A DNA stretch of 64,000 bases from the human T2T-CHM13v2.0 reference genome, Homo sapiens (GCF_009914755.1 NC_060947.1), one strand, 5' to 3'; shown: positions 24,001-38,800, counted from the first letter of the stretch. Numbers and translations: made by a program. Notes: a model not told the origin generated them from the sequence alone.

Positions 24001-25505
24001 CTTGCGGATCCCACAGAAAGAGTGTTTCGAAACTGCTGTTTCAAAAGGAATCTTCAACTCTGTGAGTTGAATGCAATCATCACAAAGAAGTTTCTGACAA
24101 TGCTTCTCTCTCGTCTTTCTGTGAAGATAAAGGAAAAGGCTTTCAGGCCTTTTCCACCACAGGCCTGAAAGCGCTCCAAATGTCCACTTGCAGATTCTGC
24201 CAAAAGAATATTTCAAAACTGCTCTATGAAAAGCAATGTTAAACTCTGCGGCTCGAACACAAACATCACAAAGCAGTTTCTGAGAATGCTTCAGTATAGT
24301 TTTTCTGTGGAAATATTCCCGTTTCCAAAGAAATCTTCAAAGAGGTCCACGTATCCACTTACACATTCTACAAAAAGACAGTTTCAAAACTGCTCAATCA
24401 AAAGGAGGGTTCAACTGTGTGACTTGAATGCAATCATCACTCAGAAGTTTCTGAGAATGCTTCTCTTTAGTTTTTACGTGAACATATACCCGTTTCGAAC
24501 GAAGGCCAACCAGTGGTCCAAATATCCACTTGCAGATTCTACAGAAAGAGTGTTTCGAACCTGAACTCTCAAAGGCAGGTTCATCTCTGCGAGTTAAATG
24601 CATTCGTCATGAAGAACTTTCTCAGCGTGTTTGTGTTTAGCTGTGGGAAATTATTCCCGTTCCCAACGAAATCCTCAGAGAGGTCCAAATGTCCACCTGC
24701 AGATTCTACCAAAAGTGTATTTGGAAACTGCTCCATCAAAAGGCGTGTTCAGCTCTGTGAGTGAAACTCCATCATCACAAAGAACATTCTGAGAATGCTT
24801 CCGTTTGCCATTTATATGAAGTTCCTTCCTATACGACTGTAGGCCTCAAAGCAGTCCAAATCTCCATTTGCAGATTCTACAAAAAGAGTGATTCCAATCT
24901 GCTCTATCAATAGGATTGTTCAACTCCATGAGTTGAATGCCATCCTCACAAAGTCGTTTCTGAGAATGCTTCTATCTAGTTTTTATGTGAAGATATTTCC
25001 TTTTCCACCACAGGCCTCAAAGCCCTCCAAACGTCCACTTGCACATTCTCGAAAAAGACTGTTTCATAGCTGCTCTTTCAAAAGGAAAGTTCAACTCTGG
25101 GAGTTGAATACAAACATCACAAAGTAGTTTCCGAGAATGCTTCTGTTTAGTTCTTATGTGAAGATGATCCCATTTCCAGTGAAATCTTCAAAGAGGTCCA
25201 CATATCCCCTTGCAGATTCCAAAGAAAGAGGGTTTCTAAACTGCTCCATCAAAAGGATTGTTCAACTCTGTGAGTTGAATGCAGTCATCGCAGAAAACTT
25301 TCTGAGAATGCTTCTGTCTAGGTTTGATGTGAAGATATAGACGTTTCAAACGAAGGCTACAAAGTGGTCAAAATATACACTTGCAGATTCTACTACAAGG
25401 GTGTTGCAAACCTGAACTATCAAAGGAAGGTTCAACTCTGTGAGTTGAATACAAACATCACAAAGAATGTTCTGAGTTTGCTTCCGTTCAGTTATGGGAA
25501 GTTGA

Positions 25506-25522
25506 TCCCGTTTCCAACGAAA
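25506..25522 (-). promoter_or_regulatory. Canonical CENP-B box (haplotype B form of the 849-865 site)
   Basis: TCCCGTTTCCAACGAAA is the exact reverse complement of the consensus YTTCGTTGGAARCGGGA. Confidence 0.9.
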
Positions 25523-26711
25523 TCCTCAGAGAGGTCCAAATATCCCCTTGCAGATTCTACAAAACGTGTGTTTGGAAACTGCTCCATCATAACGAATGTT
25601 CAGCTCCCTGAGTTAAACTCCATCGTCACAAAGAATTTTCTGAGAGTGCTACCGTCTGGTTTTTATATGAAGTTCTTTCCTTCACTACCACAGGCCTCAA
25701 AGCGGTCCAAATCTCCACTTGCAGATTCTACAAAAAGAGTGTTTGCAAACTGCTCTATCAAAAGGAATGTTCAACTCTGGGAGTTGAATGCAATCATCAC
25801 AGAGCAGTTTCTGAGAATGCTTCTATGTCGTTTTTAGGAGAAGATATTTCCTTTTCCAACACAGTCCTCCAAGCCCGCTAAATAGCCACTTGCACATTGT
25901 AGAAAAAGTGTGTCAAAGCTGCGCTATCAAAGGGAAAGTTCAACTCTGTGAGGTGAATGCAAACATCCCAAAGAAGTTTCTGAGAGTGCTTCCGTTTAGC
26001 TTTTAGGTGAAGATTATCCCGTTTCCAACGAAACCTTCAAAGAGGTCCAAATATCCCCTTGCGGATCCCACAGAAAGAGTGTTTCGAAACTGCTGTTTCA
26101 AAAGGAATCTTCAACTCTGTGAGTTGAATGCAATCATCACAAAGAAGTTTCTGACAATGCTTCTCTCTCGTCTTTCTGTGAAGATAAAGGAAAAGGCTTT
26201 CAGGCCTTTTCCACCACAGGCCTGAAAGCGCTCCAAATGTCCACTTGAAGATTCTGTGAAAAGAATATTTCAAAACTGCTCTATGAAAAGCAAGGTTAAA
26301 CTCTGTGGCTCGAACACAAACATCACAAAGCAGTTTCTGGGAATGCTTCAGTTTAGTTTTTCTGTGGAAATATTCCCGTTTCCAAAGAAATCTTCAAAGA
26401 GGTCCACGTATCCACTTACAGATTCTACAAAAAGACAGTTTCAAAACTGCTCCATCAAAAGGAGGGTTCAACTGTGTGACTTGAATGCAATCATCACTCA
26501 GAAGTTTCTGAGAATGCTTCTCTTTAGTTTTTACGTGAACATATACCCGTTTCGAATGAAGGCCAGCCAGTGGTCCAAATATCCACTTGCAGATTCTACA
26601 GAAAGAGTGTTTCGAACCTGAACTCTCAAAGGCAGGTTCATCTCTGCGAGTTCAATGCATTCATCATGAAGAACTTTCTCAGAGTGTTTGTGTTTAGTTA
26701 TGGGAAATTAT

Positions 26712-26728
26712 TCCCGTTTCCAACGAAA
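26712..26728 (-). promoter_or_regulatory. Canonical CENP-B box (haplotype B form of the 2055-2071 site)
   Basis: TCCCGTTTCCAACGAAA, an exact consensus match. Confidence 0.9.
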
Positions 26729-26859
26729 TCCTCAGAGAGCTCCAAATATCCACCTGCAGATTCTACCAAAAGTGTATTTGGAAACTGCTCCATCAACAGG
26801 CATGTTCAGCTCTGTGAGTGAAACTCCATCATCACAAAGAATATTCTGAGAATGCTTCC

Positions 26860-26868
26860 GTTTCCTTT
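26860..26868. other. 1-bp deletion (ccgtttgcc to ccgtttcc), repeated at 30976
   Basis: HOR spacings 24888-29001 and 29001-33114 are each 4113 bp (2x2057-1). The same G is missing after 26863 and after 30976. Confidence 0.9.
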
Positions 26869-29800
26869 TATATGAACTTCCTTCCTGTACTGCCGTAGGC
26901 CTCAAAGCAGTCCAAATCTCCATTTGCAGATTCTACAAAAAGAGTGATTCCAATCTGCTCTATCAATAGGATTGTTCAACTCCATGAGTTGAATGCCATC
27001 CTCACAAAGTAGTTTCTGAGAATGCTTCTATCTGGTTTTTGTGTGAAGATATTTCCTTTTCCACCACAGGCCTCAAAGCCCTCCAAACGTCCACTTGCAG
27101 ATTCTCGAAAAAGAGTGTTTCATAGCTGCTCTTTCAAAAGGAAAGTTCAAATCTGGGAGTTGAATACAAACATCACAAAATAGTTTCCGAGAATGCTTCT
27201 GTTTAGTTATTATGTGAAGATGATCCCGTTTCCAGTGAAATCTTCAAAGAGGTCCACATATCCCCTTGCAGATTCCAAAGAAAGAGGGTTTCAAAACTGC
27301 TCCATCAAAAGGATTGTTCAACTCTGTGAGTTGAATGCAGTCATCGCAGAAAACTTTCTGAGAATGCTTCTGTCTAGGTTTGATGTGAAGATATAGACGT
27401 TTCAAACGAAGGCTACAAAGTGGTCAAAATATACACTTGCAGATTCTACTACAAGGGTGTTGCAAACCTGAACTAACAAAGGAAGGTTCAACTCTGTGAG
27501 TTGAATACAAACATCACAAAGAATGTTCTGAGTTTGCTTCCGTTCAGTTATGGGAAGTTGATCCCGTTTCCAACGAAATCCTCAGAGAGGTCCAAATATC
27601 CCCTCGCAGATTCTACAAAGCGTGTGTTTGGAAACTGCTCCATCATAACGAATGTTCAGCTCCCTGAGTTAAACTCCATCATCACAAAGAATTTTCTGAG
27701 AGTGCTACCGTCTGGTTTTTATATGAAGTTCTTTCCTTCACTACCACAGGCCTCAAAGCGGTCCAAATCTCCACTTGCAGATTCCACAAAAAGAGTGTCT
27801 GCAAACTGCTCTATCAAAAGGAATGTTCAACTCTGGGAGTTGAATGCAATCATCACAGAGCAGTTTCTGAGAATGCTTCTATGTCGTTTTTAGGAGAAGA
27901 TATTTCCTTTTCCAACACAGTCCTCCAAGCCCGCTAAATAGCCACTTGCACATTGTAGAAAAAGTGTGTCAAAGCTGCGCTATCAAAGGGAAAGTTCAAC
28001 TCTGTGAGGTGAATGCAAACATCCCAAAGAAGTTTCTGAGAATGCTTTCGTTTAGCTTTTAGGTGAAGATTATCCCGTTTCCAATGAAACCTTCAAAGAG
28101 GTCCAAATATCCCCTTGCGGATCCCACAGAAAGAGTGTTTCGAAACTGCTGTTTCAAAAGGAATCTTCAACTCTGTGAGTTGAATGCAATCATCACAAAG
28201 AAGTTTCTGACAATGCTTCTCTCTCGTCTTTCTGTGAAGATAAAGGAAAAGGCTTTCAGGCCTTTTCCACCACAGGCCTGAAAGCGCTCCAAATGTCCAC
28301 TTGCAGATTCTGTGAAAAGAATATTTCAAAACTGCTCTATGAAAAGCAATGTTAAACTCTGTGGCTCGAACACAAACATCACAAAGCAGTTTCTGAGAAT
28401 GCTTCAGTTTAGTTTTTCTGTGGAAATATTCCCGTTTCCAAAGAAATCTTCAAAGAGGTCCACCTATCCACTTACAGATTCTACAAAAAGACAGTTTCTA
28501 AACTGCTCCATCAAAAGGAGGGTTCAACTGTGTGACTTGAATGCAATCATCACTCAGAAGTTTCTGAGAATGCTTCTCTTTAGTTTTTACATGAACATAT
28601 ACCCGTTTCGAACGAAGGCCACCCAGTGGTCCAAATATCCACTTGCAGATTCTACAGAAAGAGTGTTTCGAACCTGAACTCTCAAAGGCAGGTTCATCTC
28701 TGTGAGTTAAATGCATTCATCATGAAGAACTTTCTCAGAGTGTTTGTGTTTAGTTATGGGAAATTATTCCCGTTTCCAGCGAAATCCTCAGAGAGCTCCA
28801 AATATCCACCTGCAGATTCTACCAAAAGTGTATTTGGAAACTGCTCCATCAAAAGGCATGTTCAGCTCTGTGAGTGAAACTCCATCATCACAAAGAATAT
28901 TCTGAGAATGCTTCCGTTTGCCTTTTATATGAAGTTCCTTCCTATACGACCGTAGGCCTCAAAGCAGTCCAAATCTCCATTTGCAGATTCTACAAAAAGA
29001 GTGATTCCAATCTGCTCTATCAATAGGATTGTTCAACTCCATGAGTTGAATGCCATCCTCACAATGTCGTTTCTGAGAATGCTTCTATCTAGTTTTTATG
29101 TGAAGATATTTCCTTTTCCACCACAGGCCTCAAAGCCCTCCAAACGTCCACTTGCAGATTCTCGAAAAAGAGTGTTTCATAGCTGCTCTTTCAAAAGGAA
29201 AGTTCAACTCTGGGAGTTGAATACAAACATCACAAAGTAGTTTCCGAGAATGCTTCTGTTTAGTTTTTATGTGAAGATGATCCCGTTTCCAGTGAAATCT
29301 TCAAAGAGGTCCACATATCCCCTTGCAGATTCCAAAGAAAGAGGGTTTCAAAACTGCTCCATCAGAAGGATTGTTCAACACTGTGAGTTGAATGCAGTCA
29401 TCGCAGAAAACTTTCTGAGAATGCTTCTGTCTAGGTTTGATGTGAAGATATAGACGTTTCAAACGAAGGCTACAAAGTGGTCAAAATATACACTTGCAGA
29501 TTCTACTACAAGGGTGTTGCAAACCTGAACTATCAAAGGAAGGTTCAACTCTGTGAGTTGAATACAAACATCACAAAGAATGTTCTGAGTTTGCTTCCGT
29601 TCAGTTATGGGAAGTTGATCCCGTTTCCAACGAAATCCTCAGAGAGGTCCAAATATCCCCTTGCAGATTCTACAAAACGTGTGTTTGGAAACTGCTCCAT
29701 CATAACGAATGTTCAGCTCCCTGAGTTAAACTCCATCGTCACAAAGAATTTTCTGAGAGTGCTACCGTCTGGTTTTTATATGAAGTTCTTTCCTTGACTA

Positions 29801-32800
29801 CCACAGGCCTCAAAGCGGTCCAAATCTCCACTTGCAGATTCTACAAAAAGAGTGTTTGCAAACTGCTCTATCAAAAGGAATGTTCAACTCTGGGAGTTGA
29901 ATGCAATCATCACAGAGCAGTTTCTGAGAATGCTTCTATGTCGTTTTTAGGAGAAGATATTTCCTTTTCCAACACAGTCCTCCAAGCCCGCTAAATAGCC
30001 ACTTGCACATTGTAGAAAAAGTGTGTCAAAGCTGCGCTATCAAAGGGAAAGTTCAACTCTGTGAGGTGAATGCAAACATCCCAAAGAAGTTTCTGAGAGT
30101 GCTTCCGTTTAGCTTTTAGGTGAAGATTATCCCGTTTCCAACGAAACCTTCAAAGAGGTCCAAATATCCCCTTGCGGATCCCACAGAAAGAGTGTTTCGA
30201 AACTGCTGTTTCAAAAGGAATCTTCAACTCTGTGAGTTGAATGCAATCATCACAAAGAAGTTTCTGACAATGCTTCTCTCTCGTCTTTCTGTGAAGATAA
30301 AGGAAAAGGCTTTCAGGCCTTTTCCACCACAGGCCTGAAAGCGCTCCAAATGTCCACTTGCAGATTCTGTGAAAAGAATATTTCAAAACTGCTCTATGAA
30401 AAGCAAGGTTAAACTCTGTGGCTCGAACACAAACATCACAAAGCAGTTTCTGAGAATGCTTCAGTTTAGTTTTTCTGTGGAAATATTCCCGTTTCCAAAG
30501 AAATCTTCAAAGAGGTCCACGTATCCACTTACAGATTCTACAAAAAGACAGTTTCAAAACTGCTCCATCAAAAGCAGGGTTCAACTGTGTGACTTGAATG
30601 CAATCATCACTCAGAAGTTTCTGAGAATGCTTCTCTTTAGTTTTTACGTGAACATATACCCGTTTCGAACGAAGGCCACCCAGTGGTCCAAATATCCACT
30701 TGCAGATTCTACAGAAAGAGTGTTTCGAACCTGAACTCTCAAAGGCAGGTTCATCTCTGCGAGTTCAATGCATTCATCATGAAGAACTTTCTCAGAGTGT
30801 TTGTGTTTAGTTATGGGAAATTATTCCCGTTTCCAACGAAATCCTCAGAGAGCTCCAAATATCCACCTGCAGATTCTATCAAAAGTGTATTTGGAAACTG
30901 GTCCATCAACAGGCATGTTCAGCTCTGTGAGTGAAACTCCATCATCACAAAGAATATTCTGAGAATGCTTCCGTTTCCTTTTATATGAACTTCCTTCCTG
31001 TACTGCCGTAGGCCTCAAAGCAGTCCAAATCTCCATTTGCAGATTCTACAAAAAGAGTGATTCCAATCTGCTCTATCAATAGGATTGTTCAACTCCATGA
31101 GTTGAATGCCATCCTCACAAAGTAGTTTCTGAGAATGCTTCTATCTGGTTTTTGTGTGAAGATATTTCCTTTTCCACCACAGGCCTCAAAGCCCTCCAAA
31201 CGTCCACTTGCAGATTCTCGAAAAAGAGTGTTTCATAGCTGCTCTTTCAAAAGGAAAGTTCAAATCTGGGAGTTGAATACAAACATCACAAAATAGTTTC
31301 CGAGAATGCTTCTGTTTAGTTATTATGTGAAGATGATCCCGTTTCCAGTGAAATCTTCAAAGAGGTCCACATATCCCCTTGCAGATTCCAAAGAAAGAGG
31401 GTTTCAAAACTGCTCCATCAAAAGGATTGTTCAACTCTGTGAGTTGAATGCAGTCATCGCAGAAAACTTTCTGAGAATGCTTCTGTCTAGGTTTGATGTG
31501 AAGATATAGACGTTTCAAACGAAGGCTACAAAGTGGTCAAAATATACACTTGCAGATTCTACTACAAGGGTGTTGCCAACCTGAACTATCAAAGGAAGGT
31601 TCAACTCTGTGAGTTTAATACAAACATCACAAAGAATGTTCTGAGTTTGCTTCCGTTCAGTTATGGGAAGTTGATCCCGTTTCCAACGAAATCCTCAGAG
31701 AGGTCCAAATATCCCCTCGCAGATTCTACAAAACGTGTGTTTGGAAACTGCTCCATCATAACGAATGTTCAGCTCCCTGAGTTAAACTCCATCGTCACAA
31801 AGAATTTTCTGAGAGTGCTACCGTCTGGTTTTTATATGAAGTTCTTTCCTTCACTACCACAGGCCTCAAAGCGGTCCAAATCTCCACTTGCAGATTCTAC
31901 AAAAAGAGTGTTTGCAAACTGCTCTATCAAAAGGAATGTTCAACTCTGGGAGTTGAATGCAATCATCACAGAGCAGTTTCTGAGAATGCTTCTATGTCGT
32001 TTTTAGGAGAAGATATTTCCTTTTCCAACACAGTCCTCCAAGCCCGCTAAATAGCCACTTGCACATTGTAGAAAAAGTGTGTCAAAGCTGCGCTATCAAA
32101 GGGAAAGTTCAACTCTGTGAGGTGAATGCAAACATCCCAAAGAAGTTTCTGAGAATGCTTCCGTTTAGCTTTTAGGTGAAGATTATCCCGTTTCCAACGA
32201 AACCTTCAAAGAGGTCCAAATATCCCCTTGCGGATCCCACAGAAAGAGTGTTTCGAAACTGCTGTTTCAAAAGGAATCTTCAACTCTGTGAGTTGAATGC
32301 AATCATCACAAAGAAGTTTCTGACAATGCTTCTCTCTCGTCTTTCTGTGAAGATAAAGGAAAAGGCTTTCAGGCCTTTTCCACCACAGGCCTGAAAGCGC
32401 TCCAAATGTCCACTTGCAGATTCTGCCAAAAGAATATTTCAAAACTGCTCTATGAAAAGCAATGTTAAACTCTGCGGCTCGAACACAAACATGACAAAGC
32501 AGTTTCTGAGAATGCTTCAGTTTAGTTTTTCTGTGGAAATATTCCCGTTTCCAAAGAAATCTTCAAAGAGGTCCACGTATCCACTTACAGATTCTACAAA
32601 AAGACAGTTTCAAAACTGCTCCATCAAAAGGAGGGTTCAACTGTGTGACTTGAATGCAATCATCACTCAGAAGTTTCTGAGAATGCTTCTCTTTAGTTTT
32701 TACGTGAACATATACCCGTTTCGAACGAAGGCCACCCAGTGGTCCAAATATCCACTTGCAGATTCTACAGAAAGAGTGTTTCGAACCTGAACTCTCAAAG

Positions 32801-35800
32801 GCAGGTTCATCTCTGCGAGTTCAATGCATTCATCATGAAGAACTTTCTCAGAGTGTTTGTGTTTAGTTATGGGAAATTATTCCCGTTTCCAACGAAATCC
32901 TCAGAGAGCTCCAAATATCCACCTGCAGATTCTACCAAAAGTGTATTTGGAAACTGCTCCATCAAAAGGCATGTTCAGCTCTGTGAGTGAAACTCCATCA
33001 TCACAAAGAATATTCTGAGAATGCTTCCGTTTGCCTTTTATATGAAGTTCCTTCCTATACGACCGTAGGCCTCAAAGCAGTCCAAATCTCCATTTGCAGA
33101 TTCTACAAAAAGAGTGATTCCAATCTGCTCTATCAATAGGATTGTTCAACTCCATGAGTTGAATGCCATCCTCACAATGTCGTTTCTGAGAATGCTTCTA
33201 TCTAGTTTTTATGTGAAGATATTTCCTTTTCCACCACAGGCCTCAAAGCCCTCCAAACGTCCACTTGCAGATTCTCGAAAAAGAGTGTTTCATAGCTGCT
33301 CTTTCAAAAGGAAAGTTCAACTCTGGGAGTTGAATACAAACATCACAAAGTAGTTTCCGAGAATGCTTCTGTTTAGTTTTTATGTGAAGATGATCCCGTT
33401 TCCAGTGAAATCTTCAAAGAGGTCCACATATCCCCTTGCAGATTCCAAAGAAAGAGGGTTTCAAAACTGCTCCATCAGAAGGATTGTTCAACTCTGTGAG
33501 TTGAATGCAGTCATCGCAGAAAACTTTCTGAGAATGCTTCTGTCTAGGTTTGATGTGAAGATATAGACGTTTCAAACGAAGGCTACAAAGTGGTCAAAAT
33601 ATACACTTGCAAATTCTACTACAAGGGTGTTGCAAACCTGAACTATCAAAGGAAGGTTCAACTCTGTGAGTTGAATACAAACATCACAAAGAATGTTCTG
33701 AGTTTGCTTCCGTTCAGTTATGGGAAGTTGATCCCGTTTCCAACGAAATCCTCAGAGAGGTCCAAATATCCCCTTGCAGATTCTACAAAACGTGTGTTTG
33801 GAAACTGCTCCATCATAACGAATGTTCAGCTCCCTGAGTTAAACTCCATCGTCACAAAGAATTTTCTGAGAGTGCTACCGTCTGGTTTTTATATGAAGTT
33901 CTTTCCTTCACTACCACAGGCCTCAAAGCGGTCCAAATCTCCACTTGCAGATTCTACAAAAAGAGTGTTTGCAAACTGCTCTATCAAAAGGAATGTTCAA
34001 CTCTGGGAGTTGAATGCAATCATCACAGAGCAGTTTCTGAGAATGCTTCTATGTCATTTTTAAGAGAAGATATTTCCTTTTCCAACACAGTCCTCCAAGC
34101 CCGCTAAATAGCCACTTGCACATTGTAGAAAAAGTGTGTCAAAGCTGCGCTATCAAAGGGAAAGTTCAACTCTGTGAGGTGAATGCAAACATCCCAAAGA
34201 AGTTTCTGAGAGTGCTTCCGTTTAGCTTTTAGGTGAAGATTATCCCGTTTCCAACGAAATCTTCAAAGAGGTCCAAATATCCCCTTGCGGATCCCACAGA
34301 AAGAGTGTTTCGAAACTGCTGTTTCAAAAGGAATCTTCAACTCTGTGAGTTGAATGCAATCATCACAAAGAAGTTTCTGACAATGCTTCTCTCTCGTCTT
34401 TCTGTGAAGATAAAGGAAAAGGCTTTCAGGCCTTTTCCACCACAGGCCTGAAAGCGCTCCAAATGTCCACTTGCAGATTCTGCCAAAAGAATATTTCAAA
34501 ACTGCTGTGTGAAAAGCAATGTTAAACTCTGTGGCTCGAACACAAACATCACAAAGCAGTTTCTGAGAATGCTTCAGTTTAGTTTTTCTGTGGAAATATT
34601 CCCGTTTCCAAAGAAATCTTCAAAGAGGTCCACGTATCCACTTACAGATTCTACAAAAAGACAGTTTCAAAACTGCTCCATCAAAAGGAGGGTTCAACTG
34701 TGTGACTTGAATGCAATCATCACTCAGAAGTTTCTGAGAATGCTTCTCTTTAGTTTTTACGTGAACATATACCCGTTTCGAACGAAGGCCACCCAGTGGT
34801 CCAAATATCCACTTGCAGATTCTACAGAAAGAGTGTTTCGAACCTGAACTCTCAAAGGCAGGTTCATCTCTGCGAGTTAAATGCATTCATCATGAAGAAC
34901 TTTCTCAGAGTGTTTGTGTTTAGTTATGGGAAATCATTCCCGTTTCCAACGAAATCCTCAGAGAGCTCCAAATATCCACCTGCAGATTCTACCAAAAGTG
35001 TATTTGGAAACTGCTCCATCAAAAGGCATGTTCAGCTCTGTGAGTGAAACTCCATCATCACAAAGAATATTCTGAGAATGCTTCCGTTTGCCTTTTATAT
35101 GAACTTCCTTCCTGTACCACCGTAGGCCTCAAAGCAGTCCAAATCTCCATTTGCAGATTCTACAAAAAGAGTGATTCCAATCTGCTCTATCAATAGGATT
35201 GTTCAACTCCATGAGTTGAATGCCATCCTCACAAAGTAGTTTCTGAGAATGCTTCTATCTGGTTTTTGTGTGAAGATATTTCCTTTTCCACCACAGGCCT
35301 CAAAGCCCTCCAAACGTCCACTTGCAGATTCTCGAAAAAGAGTGTTTCATAGCTGCTCTTTCAAAAGGAAAGTTCAACTCTGGGAGTTGAATACAAACAT
35401 CACAAAATAGTTTCCGAGAATGCTTCTGTTTAGTTTTTATGTGAAGATGATCCCGTTTCCAGTGAAATCTTCAAAGAGGTCCACATATCCCCTTGCAGAT
35501 TCCAAAGAAAGAGGGTTTCAAAACTGCTCCATCAAAAGGATTCTTCAACTCTGTGAGTGGAATGCAGTCATCGCAGAAAACTTTCTGAGAATGCTTCTGT
35601 CTAGGTTTGATGTGAAGATATAGACGTTTCAAACGAAGGCTACAAAGTGGTCAAAATATACACTTGCAGATTCTACTACAAGGGTGTTGCAAACCTGAAC
35701 TATCAAAGGAAGGTTCAACTCTGTGAGTTGAATACAAACATCACAAAGAATGTTCTGAGTTTGCTTCCGTTCAGTTATGGGAAGTTGATCCCGTTTCCAA

Positions 35801-38800
35801 CGAAATCCTCAGAGAGGTCCAAATATCCCCTCGCAGATTCTACAAAACGTGTGTTTGGAAACTGCTCCATCATAACGAATGTTCAGCTCCCTGAGTTAAA
35901 CTCCATCGTCACAAAGAATTTTCTGAGAGTGCTACCGTCTGGTTTTTATATGAAGTTCTTTCCTTCACTACCACAGGCCTCAAAGCGGTCCAAATCTCCA
36001 CTTGCAGATTCTACAAAAAGAGTGTTTGCAAACTGCTCTATCAAAAGGAATGTTCAACTCTGGGAGTTGAATGCAATCATCACAGAGCAGTTTCTGAGAA
36101 TGCTTCTATGTCGTTTTTAGGAGAAGATATTTCCTTTTCCAACACAGTCCTCCAAGCCCGCTAAATAGCCACTTGCACATTGTAGAAAAAGTGTGTCAAA
36201 GCTGCGCTATCAAAGGGAAAGTTCAACTCTGTGAGGTGAATGCAAACATCCCAAAGAAGTTTCTGAGAATGCTTCCGTTTAGCTTTTAGGTGAAGATTAT
36301 CCCGTTTCCAACGAAACCTTCAAAGAGGTCCAAATATCCCCTTGCGGATCCCACAGAAAGAGTGTTTCGAAACTGCTGTTTCAAAAGGAATCTTCAACTC
36401 TGTGAGTTGAATGCAATCATCACAAAGAAGTTTCTGACAATGCTTCTCTCTCGTCTTTCTGTGAAGATAAAGGAAAAGGCTTTCAGGCCTTTTCCACCAC
36501 AGGCCTGAAAGCGCTCCAAATGTCCACTTGCAGATTCTGCCAAAAGAATATTTCAAAACTGCTCTATGAAAAGCAATGTTAAACTCTGCGGCTCGAACAC
36601 AAACATCACAAAGCAGTTTCTGAGAATGCTTCAGTTTAGTTTTTCTGTGGAAATATTCCCGTTTCCAAAGAAATCTTCAAAGAGGTCCACGTATCCACTT
36701 ACAGATTCTACAAAAAGACAGTTTCAAAACTGCTCCATCAAAAGGAGGTTTCAACTGTGTGACTTGAATGCAATCATCACTCAGAAGTTTCTGAGAATGC
36801 TTCTCTTTAGTTTTTACGTGAACATATACCCGTTTCGAACGAAGGCCACCCAGTGGTCCAAATATCCACTTGCAGATTCTACAGAAAGAGTGTTTCGAAC
36901 CTGAACTCTCAAAGGCAGGTTCATCTCTGCGAGTTAAATGCATTCATCATGAAGAACTTTCTCAGAGTGTTTGTGTTTAGTTATGGGAAATTATTCCCGT
37001 TTCCAACGAAATCCTCAGAGAGCTCCAAATATCCACCTGCAGATTCTACCAAAAGTGTATTTGGAAACTGCTCCATCAAAAGGCATGTTCAGCTCTGTGA
37101 GTGAAACTCCATCATCACAAAGAATATTCTGAGAATGCTTCCGTTTGCCTTTTATATGAACTTCCTTCCTGTACCACCGTAGGCCTCAAAGCAGTCCAAA
37201 TCTCCATTTGCAGATTCTACAAAAAGAGTGATTCCAATCTGCTCTATCAATAGGATTGTTCAACTCCATGAGTTGAATGCCATCCTCACAAAGTCGTTTC
37301 TGAGAATGCTTCTATCTAGTTTTTATGTGAAGATATTTCCTTTTCCACCACAGGCCTCAAAGCCCTCCAAACGTCCACTTGCAGATTCTCGAAAAAGAGT
37401 GTTTCATAGCTGCTCTTTCAAAAGGAAAGTTCAACTCTGGGAGTTGAATACAAACATCACAAAGTAGTTTCCGAGAATGCTTCTGTTTAGTTTTTATGTG
37501 AAGATGATCCCGATTCCAGTGAAATCTTCAAAGAGGTCCACATATCCCCTTGCAGATTCCAAAGAAAGAGGGTTTAAAAACTGCTCCATCAGAAGGATTG
37601 TTCAACTCTGTGAGTTGAATGCAGTCATCGCAGAAAACTTTCTGAGAATGCTTCTGTCTAGGTTTGATGTGAAGATATTGACGTTTCAAACGAAGGCTAC
37701 AAAGTGGTCAAAATATACACTTGCAGATTCTACTACAAGGGTGTTGCAAACCTGAACTATCAAAGGAAGGTTCAACTCTGTGAGTTGAATACAAACATCA
37801 CAAAGAATGTTCTGAGTTTGCTTCCGTTCAGTTATGGGAAGTTGATCCCGTTTCCAACGAAATCCTCAGAGAGGTCCAAATATCCCCTCGCAGATTCTAC
37901 AAAACGTGTGTTTGGAAACTGCTCCATCATAACGAATGTTCAGCTCCCTGAGTTAAACTCCATCGTCACAAAGAATTTTCTGAGAGTGCTACCGTCTGGT
38001 TTTTATATGAAGTTCTTTCCTTCACTACCACAGGCCTCAAAGCGGTCCAAATCTCCACTTGCAGATTCTACAAAAAGAGTGTTTGCAAACTGCTCTATCA
38101 AAAGGAATGTTCAACTCTGGGAGTTGAATGCAATCATCACAGAGCAGTTTCTGAGAATGCTTCTATGTCGTTTTTAGGAGAAGATATTTCCTTTTCCAAC
38201 ACAGTCCTCCAAGCCCGCTAAATAGCCACTTGCACATTGTAGAAAAAGTGTGTCAAAGCTGCGCTATCAAAGGGAAAGTTCAACTCTGTGAGGTGAATGC
38301 AAACATCCCAAAGAAGTTTCTGAGAATGCTTCCGTTTAGCTTTTAGGTGAAGATTATCCCGTTTCCAACGAAACCTTCAAAGAGGTCCAAATATCCCCTT
38401 GCGGATCCCACAGAAAGAGTGTTTCGAAACTGCTGTTTCAAAAGGAATCTTCAACTCTGTGAGTTGAATGCAATCATCACAAAGAAGTTTCTGACAATGC
38501 TTCTCTCTCGTCTTTCTGTGAAGATAAAGGAAAAGGCTTTCAGGCCTTTTCCACCACAGGCCTGAAAGCGCTCCAAATGTCCACTTGCAGATTCTGCCAA
38601 AAGAATATTTCAAAACTGCTCTATGAAAAGCAATGTTAAACTCTGCGGCTCGAACACAAACATCACAAAGCAGTTTCTGAGAATGCTTCAGTTTAGTTTT
38701 TCTGTGGAAATATTCCCGTTTCCAAAGAAATCTTCAAAGAGGTCCACGTATCCACTTACAGATTCTACAAAAAGACAGTTTCAAAACTGCTCCATCAAAA

